64,000 nt of DNA from Carpediemonas membranifera BICM (taxonomy: Eukaryota; Protista; Fornicata). The stretch lies in contig JAHDYR010000025.1 of NCBI GenBank assembly GCA_019828565.1, positions 434,001-498,000 on the forward strand, written 5' to 3'. Within the stretch, counting starts at the first letter, position 1. Each line of letters opens with the position of its first letter. The position numbers and the translations under genes were made by a program. Shown in pieces: positions 32,421-43,962 of this stretch. Under the pieces are notes generated by a model. That model had not been told where the DNA came from and searched no databases. It saw only the letters and a list, made by a program, of their open reading frames with translations.

Positions 32421-32727
32421 TCAGGAACAAATGATGAGTGTGGTTGTTGATGTGCAAAAAAGTTTTTTTTCACACAGAAATTCAAGAACAGGATGCCTGT
32501 TTGGGCAGTTAGACCATAGATTGATTGTGGAAAATTCTCCAGAGCACACCGGACGCCAGTGGAAAGGGACCGCTGTGTTCTCTTCGCAGTTCTGAGCGAT
32601 GCCCATGGCGCAAATGCAGGCAGAGTCAAATGCATCACAGAAAAGAGTCTCAGAATGGCATAAACCAGCCTCCCAGATTCCCCGCCCACACTCATCCCAT
32701 GCCTTGAATCCTATATTTACAAGCTAG

Positions 32728-34734
32728 TTACCTCGCCCAGGCCTCGACGATGGCCACGGGGTTGAGGTAGACCAACCCACGCATGAACCCAGTCGAACCC
32801 GTCTCGTAGGCGTGCCGCCCGACATCGGCATGACACTGGGTGCAGCGGACGGTCATGTTGTCGTCGGCCCCCTCTTCTGTAAGCGTCGCCCCCGCGTCAA
32901 TCTTGCTGATGTCGAGCCCGATATGGCCACGGGTGCGAGGGATGCCCTGCAGGCACGGAGCCTCATGGGCAAGCTGGGCATGGCACGAGCGGCAGTAAAT
33001 GCAGCCTTTGACGTCTGACACGGACCTCGAGGCCCCGGGCAGCCCGAGCTTGCTCTGCCGCTCCTGCCAGCGCATGTACATGGAGTTCGCTCGGTCAATC
33101 GTCCTTTGTTCGTCTTCGGCCGCAGCTTGCAGTGCTGACTTCCGGACGCGCGCTTTAGCGTCATTGATTGCCTGAGCCTTTTCGACAAGATAAGCCTTCT
33201 GGGCAGACTCCTCGTGCTCTCTCAGCAACTGTGAGTGCTGGATGGCGGCAGCCTCGTAGTCCTGGGCCGCCCGCTCGCGTCTCTCCCTCTCATATGCGGG
33301 GAGGGCATGGTGCCCGGGCTCCTTGATGACATCCGACGGGTCGAGGCCGATGTTCTCGATGAGCTGCACTAGGCCTGCGGGCGTGTACAGGGCGGGCATG
33401 GCAGTGGGTCGGGAGGGCCGGAACTTGCGGCTGTGCTCCTCCAGTAGAGCCGCGGTGGTGGCGATGCGGTCGGCGAGGTAGCCCTGCATGGAAATGACCT
33501 CGGGCATGGCGCGGTGGTGCAGCTGTTTCTTCGCGCTGATCACGGCCTCTGAGGAGGCTGCGAGTGCCTCTCTCAGATCCTCGATCTCGGTGCTGTAGTA
33601 CTGCTTCCTCTCCTCGTGCAGGGCGATCAAATGCCGGTGGATCTGGTCAAAGTGGGAATCAATCGTGGCGTGCAGGCTGTCGCGCGCAGTGAGCAGTGAG
33701 TTCACGGCATCCTCCATGTGCTGGTCATTCATTGCTTCGAACGGCCCAGTTGCCCTCAGCTGGGAGGACGCCCGCTCCCGCCACTCATCCACCTGCGCCA
33801 TGGTCTTCTCCATGGCCTTGACGAGCTTGGGGTGGGCCTGATCGATGGGGACCACCTGCCTCGCCTTCATGCTGGGGACGCCGGCGCATGCGGTGCACAG
33901 CGGAGTCTTCGTCAGCAGCTCGAACATCGTCGCGGCGGCCTGGGGGTGGTGGGCGCACATAAGAGGGTGTTCCACGCAGGGGCGGCCCTCAGGCATAATG
34001 GGGATGCGGATATGGCCCGAGAGAGACGCGTGGCTGTGGATGGCTCGGTCGCAGTCGGCGCAGAGGGAGATGCCCCCGCACTGCTCGCAGCGGAAGCGGC
34101 GCACACTGTCCTGGCACTCGGCGCAGAGGATATCCGGGAACAGGCTTGCCATCGTGCGTGCGGCGGCCACGGCCGAGATCTTATGGCAGACGGGGCAGCA
34201 CAGGGCGTGGTCGTCCCCGCCCTCGGAATCGACCTCGCTGAACGACATTGGCGTGTCGGGAAGGCGAGGAGTTGAACCATAAGGACCCTGGTTCGCAGGA
34301 CGCATGGTGCCGGGCGTCGTGAGGCTCGAGAACGTCATGGGACCTACCGTCGCGGGGGTTGCCAGGATCAGGTCGGCCGCGCTGCGTCCAGTGCCGCGGA
34401 CATGGATTTCCTCGTTCTGGAGATCGGCGCGGAGGGTCTCAACGCACCGACGGCAGATGATGTGGCCACATTCAAGGACGTGAGGGTGTTTCATGAAGCG
34501 GTAGCAGCTTGAGCAGTATAGACGCTCATCGAGGTCCTTTGCAACTTGCTCGGCAGTGTTGTTGAACGTTGTCTGCACCCAACGGCTCTTGGATGACTCA
34601 ACAAAGGGGCGAGGCACATTGGAGGTGGAACGCTGCGGCGAACTGACAGAGAGAGTGCTCTTCTGGACATGGAAGCCATCTCTACGGATAGACATGTGCG
34701 GACTGACAAGTAGAGGCGAGGAGTAGCCGGACAT
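32728..34734 (-). CDS. TRIM-like RING + B-boxes + coiled coil with C-terminal Yippee/Mis18-like zinc domain
   Basis: CSSC..CGHIICRRC...CPVC; B-box CAEC..CEQC..LCADCDRAIH..H; second degenerate B-box; C-terminal YCRSCHAQLA...VRCTQCHADVG. Confidence 0.8.
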   Translation of the reverse strand: MSGYSSPLLVSPHMSIRRDGFHVQKSTLSVSSPQRSTSNVPRPFVESSKSRWVQTTFNNTAEQVAKDLDERLYCSSCYRFMKHPHVLECGHIICRRCVETLRADLQNEEIHVRGTGRSAADLILATPATVGPMTFSSLTTPGTMRPANQGPYGSTPRLPDTPMSFSEVDSEGGDDHALCCPVCHKISAVAAARTMASLFPDILCAECQDSVRRFRCEQCGGISLCADCDRAIHSHASLSGHIRIPIMPEGRPCVEHPLMCAHHPQAAATMFELLTKTPLCTACAGVPSMKARQVVPIDQAHPKLVKAMEKTMAQVDEWRERASSQLRATGPFEAMNDQHMEDAVNSLLTARDSLHATIDSHFDQIHRHLIALHEERKQYYSTEIEDLREALAASSEAVISAKKQLHHRAMPEVISMQGYLADRIATTAALLEEHSRKFRPSRPTAMPALYTPAGLVQLIENIGLDPSDVIKEPGHHALPAYERERRERAAQDYEAAAIQHSQLLREHEESAQKAYLVEKAQAINDAKARVRKSALQAAAEDEQRTIDRANSMYMRWQERQSKLGLPGASRSVSDVKGCIYCRSCHAQLAHEAPCLQGIPRTRGHIGLDISKIDAGATLTEEGADDNMTVRCTQCHADVGRHAYETGSTGFMRGLVYLNPVAIVEAWAR

Positions 34735-34925
34735 GGCGATCGCCAGGAAATTCTGCGGCTATCCTGCCCGGTCAAATCCACGGAAGTCCGGCGGTGTTGA
34801 GACAAAGTAGCACGTTTAGCGGGGTATGGATGCAGCAGATCCAGTTCTTTAAGTCCGAACCAAAGGCAGCCCAACCGAGATGGCTGCCAGGCGAGGTCGA
34901 AAAGCGAGCATTTTACAGGCCCAAC

Positions 34926-35528
34926 CTATTCCGTGGCAATAACCTGGCTGAACAGCGACTCCAGCTCGGCCGAGACCTCCTCGGGGGTGCGGTCGCCCCT
35001 CACTGTGACGACGCGCTCGTGGTAGAGCTCGATCACGGGCATCGTGGTCTCGCGGTACGTGCGGAAGCGCTTGATGATGGACTCCACGTTGTCGTCCGTG
35101 CGGCCGCTGGTCTTGCCGCGCTCCAGGAGGCGGTCCCTCATGACGTCTTCGGGGACGTCGAGGAGGAGGACGAACTTGCACGTCCCGACCATCTTCTCGA
35201 AGCACTCGGCCTGGGCGATGGCACGGGGGAAGCCGTCGATGAGGAAGAGCTTCTTCTCCGGGTTCTTGGCCATGGCATTCTGGAGAAGCTTCACGGTGAC
35301 CTCGGCGCGGACAATGAGGCCGTTTTTGATCATGTGGCTGATCTCCTCACCAAGCTCGCTGTTCTTATCCGCCACCTCCTCGCGGAGAAGATCGCCAGCA
35401 GATAGGTGGCAAAGCTCGGGGAACCGCTGCACGAGGAACGCCGACTGCGTGCCCTTTCCGCTTCCCGGTCCACCAAGCACGAAAATAATGTTTGAGGAAG
35501 CAGCAAACTTGCTGGTATCAACCGTCAT
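34926..35528 (-). CDS. UMP-CMP kinase / adenylate kinase family
   Basis: FVLGGPGSGKGTQ, HLSAGDLLR, FLIDGFPR, GRTDDN. Confidence 0.95.
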   Translation of the reverse strand: MTVDTSKFAASSNIIFVLGGPGSGKGTQSAFLVQRFPELCHLSAGDLLREEVADKNSELGEEISHMIKNGLIVRAEVTVKLLQNAMAKNPEKKLFLIDGFPRAIAQAECFEKMVGTCKFVLLLDVPEDVMRDRLLERGKTSGRTDDNVESIIKRFRTYRETTMPVIELYHERVVTVRGDRTPEEVSAELESLFSQVIATE

Positions 35529-35624
35529 TGCCACCTATCGATCGAGGAAGGTGCAGGTTAATGTCGATTTCGCTGTGCCATTGAAGGGTTCGAAAAAGTG
35601 GTTATACTGCGCAACATTCGCCCC

Positions 35625-37922
35625 TCAAGTCTTGCCATCCACGAACTCACCAACGTCCCAGAGCTTGATGGTGTTGTCGCCGCCACACACCGAGATGACG
35701 CCCTCCCCGTCCACCGTGAACGCCACGTCAATGACTGGCGGCTCGTGCCCCTTGATCCACTTGAGCAGCTCCCCCGACGCAGTGTCCCACAGCTTGAGCC
35801 CATCAACGTAAGTCCCGCATGCGATCATCTTTCCGTTGGGCGAGAAGGCGACGCAGTGGACATGCCAGTTATCGTGCCGCAGCTTCACCCCACTCCGCCA
35901 CTTCTTCGTGTCCCAGAGTCGGATCGACCCGTCATCCGACCCCGAGGCCAGCAGGGCACCGTCAGGCGAGAACACCACGCTGGTCACAGCCTCGCCGTGG
36001 TCGGTGATGACCTTGAGCTGCTTGCCGGACTGGCTGTTCCAGACCCTGATGGTGTAGTCGCTTGACCCGCTGGCGATCGTCTTGCCGTCGGGGGAGAATG
36101 CGACCGTTTTGACGAAATGGGTGTGTTTCTTCATTGTCTTGACGCACTTGCCCCGCTGCACGTCCCACCGCCTCACAGTGTAGTCCTGCGACCCAGATAC
36201 TAGCGCCTTCCCATCAGGAGAGAACGCCAGGCTGCTTACGTTCCCCGTACCCTCGAAGACTCGGACCAGCTGGCCAGTGGCGGCGTCCCACAGCTTGATC
36301 GGGCTGTTCCGCTTCCCGTTGTAAACATCACCGCCTGAGGCGATAAGCTGGCCGTCCGGGGACACTGCGACGGCGTTAACGACGCTGCCGTGCCCTATTG
36401 CGCGCCTGCACGCCCAGTCCTTATCCCACATCCGGACGAAGTAGTTGCTGTGGCCCGAGACCATCGTACCATCGGGGAACAGCGCGATGGCCTCAGGCGA
36501 GGGCGTGTTGATGACGTGGAGGCATGAGCTGGTCGGCTGCCCGTCCGTTGACCCCACCACTGAGACAGCCATGCTCGGCTGGCGGGGGCGGGTCGTCCCC
36601 TCGCCGTTTGAGCTGGGGCCGACGTCTAGGTCTAGGTCTAGCGTGTCGTCTGCCCCTTGCTCCTGCTCTGTCTCATTAACAGGCCCAGTCGCCTTGTCCG
36701 CGGCCTCCAGCTCGTCCTGGGCCATCGCCCCGTCCCTTGGGTCACAGGGGTCGAGCACGAAGCTCTCCTCGTTCACTGGACACTGTGTCTCGGGTGTACC
36801 GGGGCCTTCGGTGTCGACCGAGGGCGGGAGGTCAGGCTCGCTCTCGAGGACAGCACCAGGGGGCTCGGCGTCGTCTGACTCGAATGGAGTCGCGGGGTCG
36901 ACATCGGCTATGCTTTCATGGTCGTCCACGGTGGTGTCGGCGTCGCTCGTGCTCCCGCTCGTCTCCCCGCCCTCCACAGGCACCCTTGACCTCCAGATCC
37001 GGATGGACCCGTCCCGGGACGCCGACCCGAGACCCGCCCCGTCAGCAGTAAATGCCACCCCATAGACCCTGTCGGAGTGCCCTGGCAGGTCCCGGACGCT
37101 CTTGGGCTCAGGCTCCAACCGCCAAATGCGGACTGCAGCGTCGGCCGAACCAGAGACGAGAAGTCCGCAGTCGGGGGAGAATGCCAGGCAACGGACGGCG
37201 ACGTCGCAGCAGCGGATGGTGTGTGTGCACTGGTGACCGTCCCACAGTTTGATGACGCCGCCGCAGTCGCCCGAAGCGATCGTCCCCGCTGCAGAGAACG
37301 CGACACAGATCACTGTGCAGCTATGATCGCCCAATACACCGGTGCATTCGCCACTGGCGACGTCCCACACCCTGACTGTCGCGTCCCGGGAGCATGACGC
37401 AAGCCGGTCCCCGTCCGGGGAGAACGCCACGCCGTTCACCCAACGACCGTCATCGTGGCCTGATAGTGTCTTAATACAGTTCCCGACGGCCGCGTCCCAC
37501 AGCTTGACAGTGCCGTCGGCAGAGGCGGACGCTATCGTGCTCTCACTGGGTGAGAAGGCAACATCCCAGACGATCGAACCATGGCCCTTCAGTGTCTTGA
37601 TGCACCGGCCCGTGCTCATGCTCCACAGCTTCACGGTCCGGTCAAACGAGCTTGACGCGAGCACCGTTTGGGTATGGTTGATGGCTATGCTGAAGACGCT
37701 GCCCCGGTGCCCTTCCATGACGTGAAGCCGTTCCAATGTTGTACTCTCCCATATCTTGATCGAACCTTCGTCAGAGCCTGATGCAACAAGTCCGCTCTTG
37801 GTGAATTCAACGCAATTGGCATCGCAATCGAAAGCGTCCAGCGTCGTGGCTTCAAGCTTATCAATTCTCAGTTGTTCTCCTATTTCTACACTGGAGGATG
37901 GCTCCTCACACCCTAGCTTCAT
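35625..37922 (-). CDS. tandem WD40 protein (two propellers joined by an acidic linker)
   Basis: About 14 regular GH..V..VAFSPDG..ASGS.D..V.LWD repeats in two blocks. Confidence 0.9.
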   Translation of the reverse strand: MKLGCEEPSSSVEIGEQLRIDKLEATTLDAFDCDANCVEFTKSGLVASGSDEGSIKIWESTTLERLHVMEGHRGSVFSIAINHTQTVLASSSFDRTVKLWSMSTGRCIKTLKGHGSIVWDVAFSPSESTIASASADGTVKLWDAAVGNCIKTLSGHDDGRWVNGVAFSPDGDRLASCSRDATVRVWDVASGECTGVLGDHSCTVICVAFSAAGTIASGDCGGVIKLWDGHQCTHTIRCCDVAVRCLAFSPDCGLLVSGSADAAVRIWRLEPEPKSVRDLPGHSDRVYGVAFTADGAGLGSASRDGSIRIWRSRVPVEGGETSGSTSDADTTVDDHESIADVDPATPFESDDAEPPGAVLESEPDLPPSVDTEGPGTPETQCPVNEESFVLDPCDPRDGAMAQDELEAADKATGPVNETEQEQGADDTLDLDLDVGPSSNGEGTTRPRQPSMAVSVVGSTDGQPTSSCLHVINTPSPEAIALFPDGTMVSGHSNYFVRMWDKDWACRRAIGHGSVVNAVAVSPDGQLIASGGDVYNGKRNSPIKLWDAATGQLVRVFEGTGNVSSLAFSPDGKALVSGSQDYTVRRWDVQRGKCVKTMKKHTHFVKTVAFSPDGKTIASGSSDYTIRVWNSQSGKQLKVITDHGEAVTSVVFSPDGALLASGSDDGSIRLWDTKKWRSGVKLRHDNWHVHCVAFSPNGKMIACGTYVDGLKLWDTASGELLKWIKGHEPPVIDVAFTVDGEGVISVCGGDNTIKLWDVGEFVDGKT

Positions 37923-38141
37923 TATTTGTGGTTTCGTTCTTTCTTCCAACGATTCGTCCGCCCGAGATCAAGTCAAGCTCGGTCCGCCAAGACACTCACT
38001 CACGAACCCAATACTGGGCGATACGATATCCCTTAGCGTCCTCAGTCCGGGACCCAGGTTCATCATCATCGTTTCTCCTTCTGTCACGGTGTCTTCGACC
38101 CAGACAAGATCATACGGCATCAACAAGTCGAGTTAATAACT

Positions 38142-38585
38142 TTATAGCATGCTAGTCGTCTCATCTATCCCCCTCTCCGTGTCCCGCCTCAGCCCCCTCA
38201 GCATCTTCAGCGCCGTTCTCATGGTCGGCCGGTCCTGGGGTGACTGTGCCCACATCGCCTCGATGATACGCTGCAGGGCGTGCTGGTCCCGGAGTGGCCC
38301 TAGTGGCTCGGGTCTCACGCCGTCGTTGATCATCTTCATCGCGGTAAAGGACGACTCCTGCGCGAAGGGGAGCTCCTCGGCGAAGAGAGCGTAGATGGTC
38401 ATGGCGAAGGAGAAGACGTCTGCCTTCTGATCGTAGTCGCCCCGCTGGAGAAGCTCGGGGGCGGCGAAGCCAATGGTGCCGATGTTGGTCATCGTCTTGG
38501 TCGTGTTGTTGACGGCGAGACCGAGATCGCCGACCTTGACCCGGATCCTGTTCTTACGAACCTTCTCCTCGACTGATACGAAGAA

Positions 38586-38618
<33 letters not shown>

Positions 38619-41480
38619 TCTCGAGTGGATGAAGGCGAGACCGTCGGCCGCCTCGATGACGAGGTCGAGCAGGTCCTCGGACGTCAGCTCACCCCGCTTG
38701 CGCTTCTTCTCGACATACCCGGTGAGCGAGCCAAGGGCGCAGAGCTCGGTCACGATGTAGATGGCCGGCAGACGCACGGTGGCGCCCAGGAACTTGAGCA
38801 CGTTGGGGTGGGACAGCTCGACGAGGGTCTTGGCCTCCCGGGCAAACTCGTTCATGCTCGTGGCATCCGCCTGGAACGCCTCATGCAGCTTCTTGATGCA
38901 GACCACCTGATCCTTGTACACAGCACGCGATACAGACCCGAACCCGCCTGCCGCGATGACCTCCGTCTCCGTGACCATGTCGGGCGGGATAAAGAAGTCC
39001 CAGATGGCACTGTAGAGCTTGTTACTGGAGTCAACCCCGAGTTTGGTGAGCTCGGCCTTGGCGAACTTGCGGAGACGTTGTCTGACGATGGCTGCCCGAA
39101 GTCTCTTGAGGCCCGTGACACCGAGGAATACGACGACCACGGACCCTGCGAGCTGGACGCAGCAGACGCCTGTAGCACAGGACGCAGCGAGCATCATGGC
39201 CACGCTGACGCCTGCGATGGCGAGGTAAAGGCCGAGCTTGTTGGGCAGGGGCTCGTTGGGGACGAACGCCTGGACGCCGTAAGACCCGCTGCTGACGATG
39301 AGGACGCCTTCAGAGACGGAGAAGGTGGTGATCGGGTGTCTCGCGTTGAACGCGGCCTTCCACTGCCACTGGCCCGCCGAGAGACGCTGGAAGCGGTGGA
39401 CAACGCCCCCGTTCTCAGCCATGCCGAGTCCGACAGTGACCGTGTCGCCGTGGTAGTCGAGCCCGACGATCGTCCGCGAGACACCACACCCGGCAGCCCC
39501 GGCATCGACCTGGAGCAGCGTCTGGACGACCCAAGCGTCCGGGCCTGGCGAGTATATGGCAGCAACGGTGCACTTGCCCGTCTCGGTCGGGGCTGAGTAG
39601 GAGACAGCCGCCTCCTGCCCGTCGTCGGAGAGAGACACGTAGTAGCCGAACAGCCCAATGCCCTCATCAGGGCGGGCCGTCTGGGTCCACGGACCGGCTG
39701 TCCAGTCGTCCTGCAGCTCCGTGGTGAAGAAGCTGCCGGAGACCGCGCCGACTATGAGCCTGCGATCGACCAGATCAGCGTCAGTGCCGAAGAAGAAGAT
39801 GCTGGACGAGCTGGTGCCTGTGGGACTGAGGCTAACACTTCCCATGCGGCAGACGCCCTTGGTGATGGGGAATACGAAGAGCTTGTTGCTCTCAGATCCG
39901 ACGAGAACAATGCCCGTCCGGGTGTCGTCCAGCTGCATCTCCAGCACGTGGCTGCCGAAGAGGACGGACCCGCCGCTCGCCATCAGCACGGACGGCACGC
40001 CCGTCTGCCAGTCGAACACGGGTTCAAACACTCCGTCAATGTTGATGAAGAAAACGACGACGCCGACGTCTCCCACAGCCCCGGGTGCTGACACCGCCAT
40101 CAGATCTTGAGATATGGCGGATCTGGTCCCAACCTTGTTCATGATCGTGTTTGTCACGGTGTCCAACCGCTGGAGGGTCTCGGCGCCGCTGGAGTCCACG
40201 TGGATCATGAAGCTCGTGCCGAAGATGCGGGCCTGCGCGTCTCCCGGGGCGCCGATGAGGGCGGTGGCACCGTACGCCCGGACGAAATTACCAAATCTGG
40301 AATATTGCGTTGATACACTCGTGATCTCGCCAATATTAAGGATCGACCAACCCCCCCCTGCCCTCGCAAGATTCGAGAACCTGAGCGACATAACAGCGGT
40401 CACGTTCCCCGCTGATGTCTGGTAGGTCTGGACCATGTGCTCGGTCGTCAGCACAGTTTGCCTCGGCATCCCCGGCAAGTGTCCGTGGTACTGGAGGAGC
40501 AAGAGATACGGCCCAGTCGCGGGCGTGTAGTAGAAGGCGTACGTGCCGCTAAGCTCAGCCCCGATGATGTTCACGAAAACCCAGTCCCATTTCGCGTGGC
40601 AGGCGGCTACCTTGAGCCCTGGTCGGACGAAGTGCAGATTACTGTGGTCCGGGTCAAGCTGGGGCGCCCTTGACAACACATGAACCCAGCCCGTGGTGGC
40701 GTCCTTGTACTTGAAGGCGGTGAGGTACCCGTCACCGTCGTCCGTCATGTCTGTAACAAAGACGGTGTCGGGGGCGATGGCGAAGTCCATAAAGTGCCGC
40801 CCGGATGACGGGGAGGGGGCCTTGAGCACACCGTCGAGGACGTAGCTGTCGGTATCGCTGCTGAAGTGGAATGTCTTGACCGCCCAGTCGGGCCCGGCAG
40901 CAGTGACGATGCCGATGAATGAGCAGTCGTCCGAGGCGAGCATGCCCACGGCATCATCATTGGACACCAGGCCCGTGGCGTTCAGAGTATGCGCGTCATC
41001 GTCAATGAAGAACACGTGGACGGGCTTCGGGTCCGACAAGCAGGCGACGTAGACGCGGCCATCAAGGACCTGGGCCTTGTGCTTGGTGCACCCCTCGATG
41101 CGGGTAGAGTCGTAGGTCCATATACCATCGGACACCGTGCCAAATGAGACAAAACTGGTGCCGATCGCGACGTACTGGCCGTTCAAGACGACCTGGGGCG
41201 CGGCGAGGTCGTGAGCGTCAGCCGAGGGTACGACGAGCTTGCCGAGCGGCTCCCAACTCGTGGACAGGTTCGTGTAGAGCATCACATACGCGTTGATCGT
41301 GTTTCCGTTGTCCTTGTACGGCTGCGAGGCGATGGCCAAGAGGTTACGGCTCATCGCGACTTCAGCACCGAAGTTATGCTGGTCTGTTTGCCTAGGAATG
41401 AGCTCAATGGACGAGGAGTTGAAGTCCACGAAGCATAGAGCGTATGCAAAGAGGAGGGTGATTGTGAGAGCTCGTCGCAT
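38142..41480 (-). CDS. receptor-like TKL protein kinase with FG-GAP-like ectodomain
   Basis: Signal peptide; FG..A...IGAP-type repeats; TM segment; GGFGSV, VCIK, HRDIKPDN, DLG, GTIGFAAPE, DVFSF. Confidence 0.9.
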
Positions 41481-41593
41481 CGCTGGATCCAGTTGTCGAA
41501 TCTATACATACCGCATGTAACACGTAATGACCCAGTCGTCCACAGCATCGGCAGAGACCCCTGGCTTTACTACAGCTATCATACACACCTAAC

Positions 41594-42298
41594 TCACTCT
41601 GCTTCGCCCTTGATGGCCGCCAGCCGGGTTCTCGCGGCCTCGATGTCGCCCTGCCATGTCTCCAGTGTCTCTTGAAGCTCGACTATCTTGTCATCAATAC
41701 TCGCCCGGGCGCCTTCAATGACGCTAACCTGCTCGGCGAGGTCCTCGGTGAACTGGTCGAGTGCCTCCTGCCGGGCGGCGGCCTTTTGCTCAGACTCCTC
41801 CATGATGTCGTCAAATTCAGCAATAATCGCCTGAATATTCTCTGGGAGATCGCCTACGTTATCAGACAGGCGGCCAGACGGCATTGGACCGGGAGTTGAT
41901 ACTGGCCTGGCCGGACGGGGCTTCGACGCTGGTTTCCCGACAACCGGGCGCACCATCGGCTTGCGACTTGGTGGCTCGTCCTTGTCTACGACAGGCTTCT
42001 GACTCCGCTGCACTGGTGGCTTCTTGGATGCTGTCAGCGGCCGCAGAGATTCCGACGGGGCTCGCTGGGGAGGAATGAAGGGGACCAGGTAGTTCCGGGG
42101 GCAGAAGCCCTTCTCACTCATCACCGTGTCCAGACGACCCTTCGCTTGCTTGCATCGGGCGACGAGCACCCAGTCTGAGTTATTGTTGGGGCTATTCAGC
42201 ATCTCAAGCACATCATCAACCTTGACGGTGATGGAAGAGCTGTTCTCCGCAACATAGTCATATATTGCTTTGAAATACTTCCCGCTTCTCTCGTTCAT
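41594..42298 (-). CDS. SH3-domain protein with Pro-rich linker and C-terminal coiled coil
   Basis: KAIYDYVAE..ITVKVDDVL..DW..GFCPRNYL. Confidence 0.85.
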   Translation of the reverse strand: MNERSGKYFKAIYDYVAENSSSITVKVDDVLEMLNSPNNNSDWVLVARCKQAKGRLDTVMSEKGFCPRNYLVPFIPPQRAPSESLRPLTASKKPPVQRSQKPVVDKDEPPSRKPMVRPVVGKPASKPRPARPVSTPGPMPSGRLSDNVGDLPENIQAIIAEFDDIMEESEQKAAARQEALDQFTEDLAEQVSVIEGARASIDDKIVELQETLETWQGDIEAARTRLAAIKGEAE

Positions 42299-42718
42299 CG
42301 ACAGAAGTGTCGCTTCAAGGTGCAGTTTATGTCACCGCCAGTGTAGCGTTTAGAGGTGTTTACTGGGGGTTCATGTGAAGAAGGCTTAGGCTTTAGACTC
42401 AAGTATTCTTATCCTGCGCGGCACACTACCTCCACTCACACACTTCAGCCCTCGTCTGTGCCATCGGTCTGTCGTGCTTTCAGTCGTCGGTCTGCACGAA
42501 AAGATGCGTCGTCTGTCGTCGACAACCACATTGCACACTGAAAAGCGCACAATGAAACAAGGGCAAGGTCTCTTTCGCAGGTCAGGCAGGGCAGAGGGGA
42601 GTTCGACTACTGTCACGGCCACGAAAGAACTCTGGCACGATGGTCTGGGTAAAGGTAATTCCTTATCCTACCTTACCACCAAACGATACACTCAACCCGT
42701 CGAGACATTTGTCACGTA

Positions 42719-43697
42719 TCAGATGTATACACGGCCCGTGACGATGAATTCATTGCCGCAGACCCTACACATCCCCGTCACGTCAGTCTCGCGGATAATA
42801 ACTGACCGGTGACAAAAGGGGCACGTGATGATCTGCTGCAGGTCGAACCCGGCGGGTAGAGGGATCCGCTGGCGGGGTGCCATCTCGCACTCGCCGCCGT
42901 AGTGGGCCACGTGTTCTGCGTGAGAGCCGATGCGGACCAGACAGTTGTGGCAGAAGTCATTGCCACACACGCAGGTCGATATCTTGCAGTTGTCCAGGTC
43001 GCCCTCTCGTGTGGCGATCTCACCGCACCACGGGCAGCGACGGAGGACGGGGACGTTTTTAACAGCGCCCCCGCCCAGTGTAACAAGCTTGCACTCCATC
43101 AGTGTCCTGTTCTGCTCGATAAGGCTCTTAATCTCGCGAGTACGGGTCTTGGCGGCGGGGGATCCAGTAGAAATCGGACACACGTCCAACATGCCATGAG
43201 TGGCTGACCGAGTCGGAGACGGCCCCGGCCATGGCGTCAGGGTCGGGGAGGTCAGGGATGTGTAGGCCACCCTCGCAGTCGGCGAGCACGCGGTGGAAGT
43301 CGTGTAGCGTGACTCGGATCGAGTCGGGCGGAGGGAGCTGGCCGCCGAACACGTGGAAGGCGAAGCGGCGCCTGGTGTCGTCGACTTCGAGCACGGTGCG
43401 GAGGGCGTCCTGCACGCCCTGGCTGTCCGCGGGGAAGGGGCGAGCACGGCGTCGACCGTGAGCGGGTTGGGGCGCACGGGCAGGGCCCGCAGCTGGGCGG
43501 GGGTGAGTGCGGCTAGCGCATTCAATTTTCCCTCGCCAGCTTGCAACACGGCTGCAGTTGGGACATACCGAGAGTTCGGGCTGTGTAAAAGGGACTTTGT
43601 CTTGATACAAGGCTGAAAACCGGCGAATGCAACGAATAATTGCGCCTTTCACCGCTTTGCATCGCAAATAAACAAACCCGGATGGATCCTCCGACAT
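42719..43697 (-). pseudogene. IBR/RING2-type zinc-finger gene with apparent frame disruptions (pseudogene or assembly error)
   Basis: C-terminal RRCPWCG..CK..C.CGNDFCHNCL..H..C; 97-nt intron 43581-43677; the coding-like signal switches frame near 43440 and back near 43200. Confidence 0.5.
43581..43677 (-). other. spliceosomal intron, 97 nt, with long internal hairpin
   Basis: GTTTGT...TTTACACAG, phase-compatible; stems GATGCAA/TTGTATC, TGAAA/TTTCA, GGC/GCC, GCAAT/GTTGC. Confidence 0.75.
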
Positions 43698-43962
43698 CTC
43701 GAAAGGTGAACTTCCGATCTGTTACCCTTACAGTGACGCGTTACACGGTCGAATCAATGCTTTCAGTCCAAAAGCCACTGCCACCATCGGCTCTCCATGT
43801 CAACGCAGCACAGAGAGGAATGTCCCGGGTCCCCCTTCAGGTTCGAGGCAATGCATCATGGCAGGCAGCTTTTAATCGAGTTCTGCGAGCCGTAAAATGA
43901 GGCACTAACAGGCCTAGCGGTGATGAAACGCCAGTTCATGATGCAGTTCTTCATGCCTGGAC

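Noticed and set aside
32451-32477. A-run/T-run inverted repeat resembling an intrinsic terminator
   Set aside because: Eukaryotic context; more simply a poly(dA:dT) tract upstream of the SHIPPO gene start.
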